NCBI GenBank assembly: GCA_964016885.1
Contig: OZ024740.1
Location: 227,416,001-227,480,000 of the forward strand
DNA from: Eledone cirrhosa
Lineage: Eukaryota
Length of the DNA stretch: 64,000 nucleotides
Direction: 5' to 3'
Numbering within the stretch: the first letter of the stretch is position 1; each line of letters starts with the position of its first letter. Shown in pieces: positions 28,298 to 42,757 of the stretch. Below the pieces are notes generated by a model. The model saw nothing but the letters and a program-made list of their open reading frames with translations. It was not told the origin of the DNA and ran no database searches. The position numbers were made by a program, and so were the translations under genes.

Positions 28298-28433
28298 TTA
28301 TTATTATTATCGTTATTTTATTCTTTTTTTTTTTGTTATTTGTTTGTTAATTTCTTTCTACTCGGTTTCAGTGTAACCCCTCACTGTCCCTGTGTATTGT
28401 ATTGTCCCCTTTTTGTCATCCCTTGTGACAAAT

Positions 28434-29550
28434 GGGATTGGCAGTATCGGTAGAACATCGGGCAACATACTTCGGAGCATAGAGTAACGGCCTTTTATGT
28501 TCTGAGTTCAAATCCCGCCAAGGTTACCTTCACCTTTCATCCTTGCAGGGTCGATAAAATAAAGCACCAGTAATATACTGGGGTCAATTTAATCGACTTC
28601 CCCTCCCCTTCAAATTGCTGGCCTTGTCCCTAAATCAGAAACCATTATTATTATTATTAGGGCGGTGGATTGGCAGTATCAGTAGAGGTTTGGACACCCT
28701 GCTTTCCAGCATAGTTACATCCCTTTACGATCTGAGTTCAAATCCCGCCGAGGTTAACTTTGCCTTTCATCCTTACGGGGTCGATAAAATAAAGTACCAG
28801 TAATACACTGGGTAATTGCTGGCCTTGTGCCTAAAGTAGAAACAATTATTATTATTATTTGTTCTGGGTCTTTCCATTCTGAGGAGTTCACATCCTATTA
28901 AGATCAACTTTACCTTTCATTCTTCTTTTCTCAATAGAATATAGTACCAGTCACATACTAGAGTCAATGTAATTGACTTTTCCCTTCCCCATGACAATTG
29001 TTGACCTTATGCCTAAATTAGAAATCTTTATTATCATTATTTTATTACATTCTCTGTTTTTGGGGGTTTTTTTTACACACAGAAATGCCCATTTGTACCG
29101 TCCTGTATTGTCCTGTACTGTCCTTAATGTTTACTTTGTGTAAACCCTTGTGGTTAATAAAGAAAGCATCATTATTATTAATGTTATTATTAGGCAGTGG
29201 ATTCGCAATATCGGTAGAGCGTCAGACGCTATGCTTTGCACCATAGAGTTATTGCCCTTTACGGTGTCGATAAAATAAAGTAGCAGTAATGCATTGGGGT
29301 AATTGCTGGCCTTGTGCCAAAAGTAGAAACAATTATTATTACTGCTATTGTTGTTGTAATTGTTACAGACATACAGCTACCCAAACAATACCTGACAATG
29401 CTACCTGAATTCCAATGTTAAATCTACTGTAAGATAAAACTGAAGCTCTTTTAGTGTTAAACTAAAAACATGATTAAATTAAATACATTTACATATATTA
29501 AATTTAATTCGATTAAGTATTTTAGTTTACTTATTTGTTATTGTCATTAC

Positions 29551-29592
<42 letters not shown>

Positions 29593-29806
29593 CATTAGGG
29601 CGGTGGATTGGTAGTATCGGTAGAGGGTCGGACGCCATGCTTTGACGTATATAGTTACGGCCCTTGCCATTCTGAGTTCAAATCCCGCCAAGCTTAACTT
29701 TGCCTTTCATCCTTACGGGGTCAATAAAATAAAGTACCAGTAATGTACTGGGTAATTACTGGCCTTGTGCCAAAAGTAGAAACAATTATTATTATTATTA
29801 TTATTA
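28434..29806 (+). mobile_element. Cluster of about five Meta-like SINE copies chained through (ATT)n tails
   Basis: Copies start near 28434, 28660, 28865, 29191 and 29598. Confidence 0.85.
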
Positions 29807-30172
29807 CAGTTGCATTTATCTTGCTTTATGTTCATACGAGTTATCACCAAGTCACAACCAGTGACCTCAAGAGACAACAAGGTCCGCCATGTTCAAGAAA
29901 GAACATACATATTCACACATGCATCTTTAGTGTTTAGACTTGTGATGTACTTATATTGACAGAATCTTCCTTAGTATATGGGCAGTTCCCATTAGTACTA
30001 TCTTTTGTATTTCTCCTATACGCGGGTTTCCTGGGATTTGCGATAAGTAATCATTAGACCCCTTAGGTATCATTCCCAGAGCGCCTACAACCACTGGTAT
30101 TGTTTTAGTTCTCAATTTCCACATTTTTCCAATTTCTATCTCCAGGTCCTTATACTTGCTCAATTTTTCAAA
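29807..30172 (-). mobile_element. R4/Dong-like non-LTR 3' fragment within (ATT)n
   Basis: EKLSKYKDLEIEIGKMW..TIPVVVGALG..IQKIVLMGTAHILRKILS*, flanked on both sides by (ATT)n. Confidence 0.9.
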
Positions 30173-30207
30173 TGTTATTATTATTATTATTATTATTATT
30201 GTTGTTG

Positions 30208-30239
<32 letters not shown>

Positions 30240-30500
30240 GTTATTATTGTTATTATTATTATTATTGTTGTTGTTGTTGTTGTTGTTATATATAAATCTA
30301 TAAGCAATCTGATATTGATATAGTGATGGTGATGGTGACGTAGATCATTTCAATATTAATGGCTTCATTAATGACAGCGTAGATACCAATCATGAGAATG
30401 ATGACCGTGTTCATAATGATGATGATGATTGTGATGATGATGATGATGATGATGATGATGGTAACGAGGAGGATGATGATTGTGAGGGTGCTGGTGATGG

Positions 30501-30541
<41 letters not shown>

Positions 30542-30614
30542 GTGATTGTGATTAGGATGATGATGGCAATAATGATGATGATGGCGATTGTGATTAGGAT
30601 GATGATGATGATGG

Positions 30615-30650
<36 letters not shown>

Positions 30651-30692
30651 GGGTGATGACGGTGATTGTGGTGATGCTGATGTTGATGATTG

Positions 30693-30739
<47 letters not shown>

Positions 30740-31047
30740 GTGATTGTGATTAGGATGATGATGGCAATAATGATGATGATGGTGATGATGGTGATTGTGA
30801 TTAGGATGATGATGATGATGGTGATGATGGTGATGATGATGATGATGATGATGAGGGTGATGACGGTGATTGTGGTGATGCTGATGTTGATGATTGTGAT
30901 GATGATGATGATGATGATGATGATTGTGATGACGACGACAATGATGTTGGTGATGATAATGATGATGATTGTGATAATGATTATGATGATGATGATGATA
31001 ACAATGATGATTATGATGATAGTGATGATGATGATTATGATGAGAAA

Positions 31048-31079
<32 letters not shown>

Positions 31080-31110
31080 CAATGATTGTGATAATAATGA
31101 TGATGATGAT
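30173..31110. repeat. (ATT)n / (GAT)n trinucleotide low-complexity tract
   Basis: Direct inspection; internal duplicated blocks. Confidence 0.95.
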
Positions 31111-32109
31111 TTCATTTAACATGAGCTATATAATACCTACAGAATGAAACTGTATAGTAAACTCCATAACCATCACTTAGACATATCATGTTTCTATAAG
31201 AACAACAGGAATAGGGAGTAATAAACAATATAGTTTATTTGTCTCTTTCATCATTTCAATTTTAATCATTATGGAGGATTTTAAACTCTAAAATAAATCA
31301 ACATAGCTTACAAATGAATAGAAATATAAACTTTAATCTGTTATTTTAATAAATATTTGCTCTATGGTTCTTATATATTTGATATATATTTATCCTTATC
31401 GAGCCCTCTTTGGATTTTAGTCTTCAAATTTATTATTATTACTATATATCATCATCATCATCATCATCATCACCGTTTTACGTCCGTTCTTCCACGCTAG
31501 CATGGGTTAGACGGGTTGTCCTGTTGTGGGCAGTGTCTGGTCGGCTGACCATGCCTTGCTCATACAGGAACTGATCTGGCTTGATATATATATATAGTAA
31601 TGGGCGGTGGATTGGCAGTATCGGTAGAGGGTCGGACACCATGCTTTACAGCATAGTTACGTCCCTTTACAATCTGAGTTCAAATCCCATCGAGGTTGAA
31701 TTTGCCTTTCATCCTTATGGGGTCGATTAAATAAAGTACCAGTAATGCACTGGGTAATTGCTGGCCTTGTGCCTAAAGTAGAAACAACTACTATATAGTG
31801 GTTGTGGAGGTGCCACGGCAAAAAAGCACCCAGCACTCACTGTAAATGAGGTTGGTGTTAGGAAGGGCATCCAGCTGTAGAAACCAAGCCAGAATCAGTT
31901 CCCGCCCCACCCTTGCAAGCAGGGAAAAAGTGGACGTAAAATGAAATGATGAAATGATGAATGATGATATATATATATATATATTAAAATAACAGATTAA
32001 AGAATCGCTGCTTTCACCCTTAAAGGGATCTTCTGGGCTTGTGTGTGTGTATATATATATATATGTGTATGTGTATCTATATATACATACATATATATAT
32101 ATATATATG

Positions 32110-32572
32110 GACCGAGATCTTTGTCACTACGCAGTAATACAGAAAACCCACCTAGCCTAAGTACAAAGCGAAACCTACAGTCAGTAGGCACCTCTTAATC
32201 AAATATACACCTCCATCCCACTACCCCAACTCCCCCACCCCAACCCCCATCAACAATACCCCTACCTCTGTAAAGTTATGTTGGTACCACAACATCCAGT
32301 CCTAAATAAATGAGGTCGTGTAAGTGTTGCTACAAAAAAACACACAGTCCACGCTGTAATATGGCCGTGTAGGTAACACGGTAAAAACCTCCCAGTCCAC
32401 ACTGTAAACGCGGTTGGTGTTAGGAAGGACATCCAGCCTTAGAAAACCTACCAGACAGTCCTATACAAGCGAGACATGGTCACCCAACTAATCTTGCCTC
32501 AAGTGGGACAATTCCCGTCTAAACCCATGCTAGCGTGGAAGATAGACGTTAAACGATGAGGATGATGATGAT
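32110..32572 (+). mobile_element. RTE 3' end/3' UTR fragment (subfamily of 9691-11668)
   Basis: Matches the reverse complement of 9700-10140; ends GTTAAACGATGAGGATGATGATG. Confidence 0.85.
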
Positions 32573-34329
32573 ATATATATATATATAGTAATAATAATAA
32601 AATTGAAGACTAAAATCCAAAGAGGGCTCGATATTAGGTATTAACATGTGATTACACCGTATTTGACTAAATAGAATTAGTCTGTTATGCTCAACCATTG
32701 GCACATTAATTTGATATGCAGGTTATGTCATTGATTAAGTGACTGGAACACTCATTGGTGGAACCAACAAGTAAATAGAATCTTTAGATCCCATAACTCC
32801 TTGTGGAGTCATAGGAACACCGTCAAATGGTGTGTCTAGGGCACTTTTACACCTGGCAGAGCCCAACCCTCTCCAGGTCTGAACACAGCCAATTTTTTCT
32901 ATAGAGGAAGAATCGACCCCAGTTCTAGACTGGTACTTTTATCGATCTTGAAAGGATTAAAGGCAAAGTTGACCTCAGCGGAATTTCAACTCAGAGCTCG
33001 TAATGAGGTAGTACGAATACCGTAAAGCATTCTATATCACGTCTTAATGGCTCTGCCAATTTGCCGCCTAAATAGAATCATATGATGCCAAATTGACAGA
33101 GTTGTTAGACTATCAGGTAGAATGCTTTGCAGTATTTGTTCTGGCTTTCTACTCTCTGAGTTCATGTCCCACAGAGGTCAACTTTGTCTTTCATCCATTC
33201 AAAAAAAGTACCAGTCTAGTACTGGGGTCAATTCTTCCTCTATATTTCTTTCCCACTTCCATTCACTCACCCTCTATCCTTCTCTAGAAGAAATCAGGAG
33301 AGGAGATGGGCTCTGCCAGGTTTAAAAAATGCCCTTGAAATGCTCTATGTCAACATGGCACTCCTATGACTGCCTAAGGAGTTACGTGACCATACAATAC
33401 ATACTGTTTACACAGTGGAATAGGCAGTGCTCCTGAATCTCTTCAGGGCCTCTAAGTCTTGTGAGAGGAAGGGAAGAAGGTATACTCAAACCAAAGATTC
33501 AGTTCAAATGTTGCAACTGAATGAACTCCAGTAAAAATACCTAAGGGTCAAGTAGTAGTGTTAAACTTGCTGACAAATGGAATGAGAGAACTAGTATTTT
33601 TTTGTGTGATATAGCCTTAAAATAATAGTTTCTGATTTAGGCACAAGGCCAACAATTTGGGAGGAGAGGGAAAAGTCGATCAAATTAACACTAATGCATT
33701 ACTGGTACTTTATGTTATCAACCCCCATAAGGATGAAAGGCAAAGCTAACCTTGGCAGGATTTGAACTCAGAACGTAAAGGGCCAAAACTCTCTGTCGTG
33801 AAGTAGGGTCACCGACACTTTACCAATACTACCAATAATGTTGATGATGGTAGTGATAATGAGGATTTTAAGAGAATTTAATTTGTTTTTCAAATCTTCA
33901 ATGTCTTTCAATATTTCATTGTTTTTGTCTTGCTCTTTTTATAACAGTGCAGTCCAAATGTTTGGTACAGCATGGATGTAAAAACATTGCCAAAATGTTC
34001 TAGAGATTTAGCTTTGTATATAGTTTCGTTTTTTTTTATCATCATCATTATTATCATCATCATCATCATCATCATCATCATTATCATTATTATTATTTTA
34101 ACACTTTCACTCTCATCAGTTTCTAAATACTGCTAAAAACAACACCAATTTCAAATAGCTATTAAAAAAATAACTTCACTTATCAAGACCAAGATCACAA
34201 ACATAATGAAATATTCAATATTTCTTAATATTTGATAATGTTTTTTAGGTTAATAATGAAGATATTCCAAGCAACAAAATTTCACTTAAGAATTTGTTGT
34301 TTATTTCGATGAGAACATTTTTTTCTTAA

Positions 34330-37300
34330 TTAATATATGTATATGTGTAAAACTATGTATATCTATATGTATGTGTAGCTATAATTGTGTGAGTATATGT
34401 GTGTGTATGCATGTATATGTATCTATGTGTCAATTTGTGTGTGTGTATGCTTTTGTGGATATATATGTTCTAGACATACACAAAACTGAGCACGTATCAA
34501 GCACTTAAATGTTTTACAACCTAATATATATACATATATATGTATATATAGATATATATATATATATACAGTGTGTGTGTATGTGTATATATGTGTGTAT
34601 TTGTGTATAGATGTGTGGGCATATGTATGTGTATATATGTGTGTATTTGTGTGTAGATGTGAATGTGTATGGATGTGTATGTGTATATGAGTGATATGTG
34701 GGCATATGTATGTGTACATACATATGTATATATAGATATATATATATATATATACAGTGTGTGTGTATGTGTATATATGTGTGTATTTGTGTATAGATGT
34801 GTGGGCATATGTATGTGTATATATGTGTGTATTTGTGTACAGATCTGTGGGTATATGCTTATGTATGTGTATATATGAGTGTGTATTTGCATGTAAATGT
34901 GTGAGCATATGATGTATGTGCATATGTGTGTATATTTTTATGTTGATGTGCATGTATGCATATGCATATGTGTGTATTTGTGTGTAGATGTGAATGTGTA
35001 TGGATGTGTATCTGTATATGAGTGACATGTGGGCATATGTATGTGTACATATGTGTATGTAGTATATGTGTGTATTTGCATGTGTATGTGTATATGTGAG
35101 TGTGTATCTGCTATAGATGTGTAGGGTATATCTATGTGTATATGTGTGTATATTTTCAAGTCGATGTGCATGTATGTATATATGTGTGTATTTGCGTGTA
35201 GATAATGTGGGCATATGCATGTGTATATATGTGTGTATATTTTGATGTCAAAGTGTGAGTATGTTTGTGTATGTGTATATGTGTATATTAGCATCTAGAT
35301 GTGTGAGCATATGTATGTCTATATATGCAAGTATTTGCGTATAGATGTGTGAGCATATGTATGTGTATATATGCATGTATTTGTGTATAGATTTGTGGGC
35401 ATGTGTATATGTACATGTGTATATTTTTATGTCAATGTGTGTATGTGTACGTGTGTGTATTTGCGTGTAGATATGTGGGCATGTGTATGTGTATATGTGT
35501 GTATATTTTCATGCAGATGTGTGTGTATGTGTATATATATATATATATGTGTGTGTATTTGTGCATATATATATACATGTGTATGCGCACATATGTACGT
35601 GTATGTATACATATGTATATGCATGTGTATACATATGTATATGTGTATGTATGCATATGTATATGTTTATATATACATATGTATATGTTTATATATACAT
35701 ATGTATATGTGTATGTATACATATGTATATGTGTATATATACATATGTACATGTTTATATATACATATGTATATGTTCATATATACGTATGTATATGTTC
35801 ATATATACATATGTATATGTATATGTTTATATATACATATGTATATGTGTATGTATACATATGTATATGTTTATATATACATATGTATATGTTTATATAT
35901 ACATATGTATATGTTTATATATACATATGTATATGTTTATATATACATATGTATATGTTTATATATACATATGTATATGTATATGCATACATATGTATAT
36001 ATTTATATATACATATGTATATGTTTATATATACATATGTACATGTTTATATATACATATGTATATGTGTATGTATACATATGTATATGTGTATATATAC
36101 ATATGTACATGTTTATATATACATATGTATATGTTCATATATACGTATGTATATGTTCATATATACATATGTATATGTATATGTTTATATATACATATGT
36201 ATATGTGTATGTATACATATGTATATGTTTATATATACATATGTATATGTTTATATATACATATGATATATGTTTATATATATACATATGTATATGTGTA
36301 TGTATACATATGTATATATTTATATATACATATGATATATGTTTATATATGCATATGTATATGTATATGTATACATATGTATATGTTTATATATACATAT
36401 GTATATGTTTATATATACATATGTATATGTTTATATATACATATGTATATGTTCATATATACATATGTATATGTTTATATATACATATGTATATGTTTAT
36501 ATATACATATGTATATATTTATATATACATATGTACATGTTTATATATACAAATGTATATGTTCATATATACATATGTATATGTTCATATATACATATGT
36601 ATATGTTCATATATACATATGTATATGTGTATATATACATATGTATATGTTTATATATACATATGTATATGTGTATGTATACATATGTACATATTTATAT
36701 ATACATATCTATATGTGTATGTTTATATATACATATGTATATGTTTATATATACATATGTATATGTATATGTTTATATATACATATGTATATGTATATGT
36801 TTATATATACATATGTATATGTTTATATATACATATGTACATGTTTATATATACATATGTATATGTTTATATATACATATGTACAAGTTTATATATACAT
36901 ATGTACATGTTTATATATACATATGTATATGTGTATATATACATATGTATATGTTTATATATACATATGTACATGTTTATATATACATATGTATATGTTT
37001 ATATATACATATGTACAAGTTTATATATACATATGTACATGTTTATATATACATATGTATATGTGTATATATACATATGTATATGTTTATATATACATAT
37101 GTATATGTTCATATATACATATGTATATGTTTATATATACATATGTATATGTGTTTATATATACATATGTATATGCTTATATATGCATATGTATATGTTT
37201 ATGTATACATATGTATATGTTTATATATACATATGTATATGTTCATATATGCAGATGTATAGGTGTATATATACATATGTATATGTTTATATATACATAT

Positions 37301-37430
37301 GTATATGTGTATATATACATATGTATATGTTTATATATACATATGTATATGTGTATGTATACATATGTATATGTTTATGTATACATATGTATATATGTAT
37401 ATATATGCATATGTATATGTGTATGCACAA
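34330..37430. repeat. TA/TG-rich satellite; 35640-37400 is an array of about 22-bp units ATATACATATGTATATGTTTAT
   Basis: Direct inspection. Confidence 0.95.
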
Positions 37431-37567
37431 AAATATATATTTTTTTTGGCAAGTTTTCTTCTTGTAATTAATACTTCCTAGAACTAATTTTATTCTCTGT
37501 CAGATCTCATTATCCATTAATCGAAAACTAGAATATATTTCATGACATTATTGTAGTTTTTGTTGTT

Positions 37568-37583
37568 ACTACTACTACTACTC

Positions 37584-37623
<40 letters not shown>

Positions 37624-37771
37624 CAACACTATGACCACCACCACCACCAATAACAGCAACACTATGACTACCACCACCACCACTACTACTACTACTGCTG
37701 CTGCTGCTGTTACTACTACTGCCACCACCCTACCACTGCTACTACTATCTACTACCACCTCCACCATCACC

Positions 37772-37815
<44 letters not shown>

Positions 37816-37828
37816 CAATACTACTACC

Positions 37829-37861
<33 letters not shown>

Positions 37862-38180
37862 TCTTATACACTACTACCACTATAATACTACTACCACTAC
37901 TACCACTACTACTACTAATAAACTACTACCACCACTACTATCACTATAATAATACTACCACTTCTACTACCACCACTACTACCACTACCGCCACTACTAC
38001 TACTAATAAACTACTACCACCACCACTACTACCACTATAATACTACTACCACTACCACTACTACCACTACTACCACTATAATACTACTACCACTACTACC
38101 ACTACTACTACCACCACTACTAGTGGTGTTGTTGTTCCTAATGAAGACATGTCCACCGACCACCACCACTACCACCACCT
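37568..38180. repeat. (ACT/ACC)n trinucleotide tract
   Basis: Direct inspection. Confidence 0.95.
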
Positions 38181-38373
38181 GTTACTAAAGTTGTTTGTCA
38201 AAGTGGTGGAATATTTTCTGCTATCCATTACCTGACTGATATATTTCCAGTTAACCATAGTTTTGAAAGAACAGTGGTGGTGGTGGGGGGGGGGGGGGGG
38301 GGGGGATGGTAAATAAAAATTGTTCAATTATTCATAGTTTCATAGACTATATGAAGAAACACACATACGTATT

Positions 38374-38416
<43 letters not shown>

Positions 38417-38423
38417 TATATAT

Positions 38424-38889
38424 ATATTGTTATACTTTGGGAGGGTCATGTTGTCAATAAGAAACACACGCACCAGTTGCTTTCACTTCAATTTATTATA
38501 AATGAAATTTATAAATTTAAGAATTTATAAATTTCCGGTTGGTTGGTTGGTTCCACAACCGGACGGTTGTTCATATATTGTCAAAGTTCTTTCGTCACAC
38601 ATTCTGTGACCTCTTCAGTGAGAAAAGAATCTCCAGTCACTGAATAGGTCACAGAATGTGTGACGAAAGAACTTTGACAATATATGAACAACTGTCCGGT
38701 TGTGGAACCAACCAACTAATCGGAAATTTATAAATTCCTAAATTTATAAATTTAATTTATAATAAATGGAAGTGAAAGCAACTGGTGCGTGTGTTTCTTA
38801 TTGGCAACATGACCCTCCCAAAGTATAACAATATCGGTTTCAACACACATTTTCAGATAAAGAATCTTGCTAAACAAATTCAGAAACGA
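38424..38889 (+). mobile_element. Fold-back element family C, copy 1: 198-bp arms carrying a minimal hammerhead
   Basis: Arms 38424-38621 / 38637-38834, 15-nt loop, unique tail to 38889, (TA)n on both sides; homologous to 54552-55131. Confidence 0.92.
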
Positions 38890-38907
38890 AATATATATAT
38901 ATATATG

Positions 38908-39119
38908 AAGGCGTGTGGCTGAGTGGTTAGAGAATGGATTCGCAATCGTAAGGTTGTGAGTTCGATTCCTGGACCAGGCGATGCGTTATGTCCTTGAGCA
39001 AGACACTTTATTTCACGTTGCTCCTTCTACCTGGAGTTGCGACCGATAGATAGTATTAGCAATTGGAAAGACCAACGGAAACATTGTTCCCTCGGGTCCG
39101 ATTTGACGAAAGTCGATCG

Positions 39120-39121
<2 letters not shown>
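38908..39121 (+). mobile_element. tRNA-derived CORE-like SINE
   Basis: TGGCTGAGTGG A box, GAGTTCGATTCC B box, GTCCTTGAGCAAGACACTTTATTTCACGTTGCTCC; inverted homolog at 54105-54272. Confidence 0.88.
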
Positions 39122-39189
<68 letters not shown>

Positions 39190-39194
<5 letters not shown>

Positions 39195-41005
39195 CCTCAA
39201 TCTAGAGTCCGGCCTCTACTACTCGTACCACAAGCCGAACGAGTGCCTCAAGTACGTGAATACCAACTCCAACCATCCCGGGTCAGTCAGGAGGGCCATT
39301 GTTAATAGCGTATCCCGTAGGATTTCTTCTCTGTCAACTAGCCAGGAAACCTTCAATAGCGTAGCTAGCTACTATAATAATGCCCTTATAATGCAGGTTA
39401 CAAGGAAGGAATTAAGTTTATACCTAGTCTAATGAATTACGTTACCGCTGACAGTAACACTTCAGTGGGAATCAACGACGGGATCAACATGATTAGAACT
39501 TCATTACTCGTTCCTGATACAACACCACAGAGTAATCCTGGAGGAACTGCTATCCATGGCTTATCAGGAAGGGACCAGACCTCACCTACTTTGGAAAGCA
39601 GTGAAGTCAACGCGGTGGAGCCGCGGGGGACATGTGTGGGCCCGGGAGTGAGCGTGGAAGGTACTAACCACCTCCCTCGCTATGAGCGGGGACCACTCAG
39701 CTCGGGGAGCTCCGGTCGGCGTAACCAACCCAACAGGCAGCGACGAATTGGAGGGCATGGCTATTCCAGACGTCCACAACGGCTACATAACATACTCTGA
39801 CAGAACGGGTACATGGACTGGTGACTACAGCAAGAAGCGAACCCGTTCCCGTAATGTCATTTGGTTTACCCCCCCCCCCTTTTACGCCGGTTTACGCAAC
39901 AACATAGCGGCCTCTTTCTTCAGGGCTTTGGATAAGCACTTCCATAAGCAACACCGGTACCACACCATCTTCAACAGGCACATGGTTAAATTGTCCTACT
40001 CCACAACTAGAAACCTAGCACAAAACATAGAAGCCTTGAACCGCAGTAGATTAAAAAACGTCCGCAACTCCATGGGAAACAGCAACCGTGAGAAGACGCA
40101 CCACGCAAATACCTCTTCCTCTGTTGGTAACGTCTTGGACCGTGAAAGACCGGAGAATCACGCAACGCGTTCCGGTGATACAGGCGGCAACACCCCTCCG
40201 GGCTGTAATTGTAGAAACCCCGGTAGCTTCCCCCTGGAGGGTAGGTGTCTCGGCAGTGGCTTAGTATATGAATGTAGGGTGACTACCAGCAACCATGCCT
40301 TCACCTATATCGGATCCACGGCTAATAAGTTTAAGGAAAGCTGTACAATCACTACCACACCTTTAAGAGGGTTAAGAAGCACAGCACCGCCCTCTCAGAA
40401 CTAGTGTGGCGTCTCAAACGGGATAACTTGGAATACACCTTGTCAACAAAGAGGGTGGACATGACTCATGCGATTTGTGTGCCCCCGAGATTATGGAAAT
40501 AATCAAGAGGGGAGCTCGAGTTATCAATAAAAGGAGTAACCTCTTCAGCACCTGCCTTCACAGATCTTCTGGAACCTTCATCAAACTGTACAGACTAGCA
40601 ACGTAGTGGTGCTAGTTGAACACTTTTGTAATCTTGTCCGTGGAAGCCGGACATAGCCTCGCGGCAACCCCAGCATCAAGCGAGCCTTGGATATCTTGTT
40701 TGCACACCTGGAGACTCTATGTGTACTTGTTTCTTGTCATTTGTTCCCTATTCCTCTGTTTATATACCTACTACTGTTTTTTTTATGTATTTTGTCCCGT
40801 TCCTTTATTATTGTGTTCTCTATATGTGTTCTCGTTTCTTATCTGCTTGTTCCTGTCCCTACTTTCGCTTCCCGTAACTCTCTTCCATGGTCTAACAGCC
40901 CTTTTGATAGTATTGTTGCCACTGTGGTTAGGACTGAATGCTATGATCATTGCTGGCCTTGTGTCTTCCAATGATAGAGGAGCATTGTATTAACTAGGAA
41001 TGTTT
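39190..41005 (+). mobile_element. Penelope-like element, 5'-truncated: RT C-terminus/thumb, Cys-rich linker and GIY-YIG endonuclease, frameshifted
   Basis: VTLNLESGLYYSYHKPN..YVNTNSNHP..RRISSLS..YYNNAL; RSRNVIWFTPP..LDKHF..IFNRHMVKLSYS; CNCR..PLEGRCL..LVYECRV..YIGST..FKE. Sits between (TG)n and (TA)n. Confidence 0.9.
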
Positions 41006-41879
41006 ATATATATATAAATACCCATCTATGTTTCTATCCCATCTTCACCTCCTTGTTTCAACGGACTACTATTGTGGTTAGTTTAATTTTCATGGAAGCG
41101 TGGTTTTTTTCCTGTTGCCGCCGTCGCCCTGGTGGGGTCATCGCTGGTCTTGTTGTTGTTATTGGTGTTACCAATGGCTTAATACTGACATAGTGGATAC
41201 CACCACTACTGCGATGAACGGGATGGGTGATGGGCGGTGTTGGTGTTTGTTGTCATTGTTGTTGTTACTGTTTATGGTCATGGTGATTGATACCACCAAC
41301 TCTGTGTACCCACCTACCTCTAAACTCCTTTTTATTGCTTTGGCGTCATCGCTGTTTACGGTCAACAGGGTGGCACCGTCACTGTGACGACTACGACCTG
41401 TATACATGACGCAGGTCTGTGTTTTTGCTGCTATTGTCGTTTGTTGCTGTTGTCGTTTTAAGTGTTTTTACTGTAGCTGGTGTTTTAGTTGGTGTTGTCA
41501 ATAGGGTAATGGTATCAGCACGACTATTGCGACCAGTATTGATAACTTTGGTCGGCGGTTTGTTGTTATTGTCATTGTTGTTGTTGTAGTTGTCGTTGTT
41601 GTTGTTATTGTTGTTGTTGTCTATAGGTGGTCGTCAACTAAATGTATACCCCCACCCCCCACCCCCACCCCACCCGCCCTCAGAGCTCCTTGTTTTCCTT
41701 CAACTGTCTGCTGGGTTTTGGTTGCACACAGTTCTTTGTTCTTTTCGTCTTTTTTCGTTGATAGCTTTCTCTAACAAACGCGACGGCTGGTAAACCCTTC
41801 AAGGAACTCAATGTATGCTGGGCGCACAGGCATTAGGATGTGTGTTTTCCTGCCAGCGGCATATCAAATATATCGATCT

Positions 41880-41967
41880 TCATCTGACGAAACCGTTCTC
41901 ATAATCAACAGCAAATGCATAAAGGACATCTCGATTGCATGGAGAACCTTAGAAATAATTATTATGA
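41880..41967 (+). ncRNA. Degenerate minimal type I hammerhead ribozyme
   Basis: Stem I UCAU/AUGA, CUGACGA 41884-41890, stem II GUUCUC/GAGAAC with unpaired base, GAAA 41952-41955, palindromic stem III AUAAUUAU, predicted AUU site at 41963. Confidence 0.6.
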
Positions 41968-42152
41968 TTAAACGATATATGTAACCTCAGCATCTTATTT
42001 TGTTATATATATATATATATACTAACCCATACAATTACTAATACTCTTTTATTCCTAATTAAACCATTTTTCAACTGTGAACAATTTGTCAGCATTTTCT
42101 ATTCCCTTTACCAATATATAATAACTTGTGTGTTACACCTCTATTCTTTTAA

Positions 42153-42177
<25 letters not shown>

Positions 42178-42184
<7 letters not shown>

Positions 42185-42519
42185 AAGTTAAATAAAAGTC
42201 AAATGATTAAAATTTAGCTTCGTTTATTACTGCTATATATATTTCAGTGACAGCCATCTTTGGCTGTGACCTCTTCAGGCAGTTTGAATATGTACTTGTC
42301 TATACCATACTAATTCAAACTGCCTGAAGAGGTCACAGCCAAAGATGGCTGTCACTGAAATATATATAGCAGTAATAAACGAAGCTAAATTTTAATCATT
42401 TGACTTTTATTTAACTTTATTTTACACTACTCCGGAGTAACCAAACCAACCTGCGCACTTCGTCGAGTGCTCCAGCCTGCATACTGAGGTATTGGTATAC
42501 AACCAACATAAACTCAAAA

Positions 42520-42522
<3 letters not shown>
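42178..42522 (+). mobile_element. Fold-back element family D: 112-bp apparently perfect arms containing a complete hammerhead
   Basis: Arms 42178-42289 / 42313-42424, 23-nt loop, tail to 42521, (TA)n flanks. Confidence 0.92.
42319..42373 (+). ncRNA. Minimal type I hammerhead ribozyme (mirror copy on - strand at 42229-42283)
   Basis: Stem I ACUGC/GCAGU; CUGAAGA 42324-42330; 11-position stem II (G-U closing pair, C-C mismatch); GAAA 42357-42360; palindromic stem III AUAUAUAU; predicted cleavage after 42368. Confidence 0.85.
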
Positions 42523-42597
<75 letters not shown>

Positions 42598-42691
42598 AGT
42601 GTATGTATGTATGTATGTGTCTGTATATATATATATATATATATATATACAATATTAAATAAATGGAAAACTATATTTATAAAACCATATT

Positions 42692-42757
42692 TATTTCATT
42701 ATATATATTTCGGGGATATCATATTAACAATATGCTATGCCTTCATCAGACAAAATA
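42692..42757 (-). ncRNA. Minimal type I hammerhead ribozyme
   Basis: Minus strand: UAUUUUGU-CUGAUGA-AGGCAUAGCAUAUU-GUU-AAUAUGAUAUCCCC-GAAA-UAUAUA-UA-AUGAAAUA; 8-bp stem I with two G-U pairs; preceded by a CT-rich tract and followed by (TA)n. Confidence 0.75.

Noticed and set aside
30298-31147. Poly-Met and poly-Ile ORFs
   Set aside because: (GAT)n microsatellite.
35371-37471. 698-aa and 662-aa ORFs
   Set aside because: Translations of a TA/TG minisatellite that happens to lack stop codons.
38908-38980. tRNA gene
   Set aside because: The A/B boxes are a SINE head that continues into a CORE-like domain, with no proper acceptor stem or terminator.
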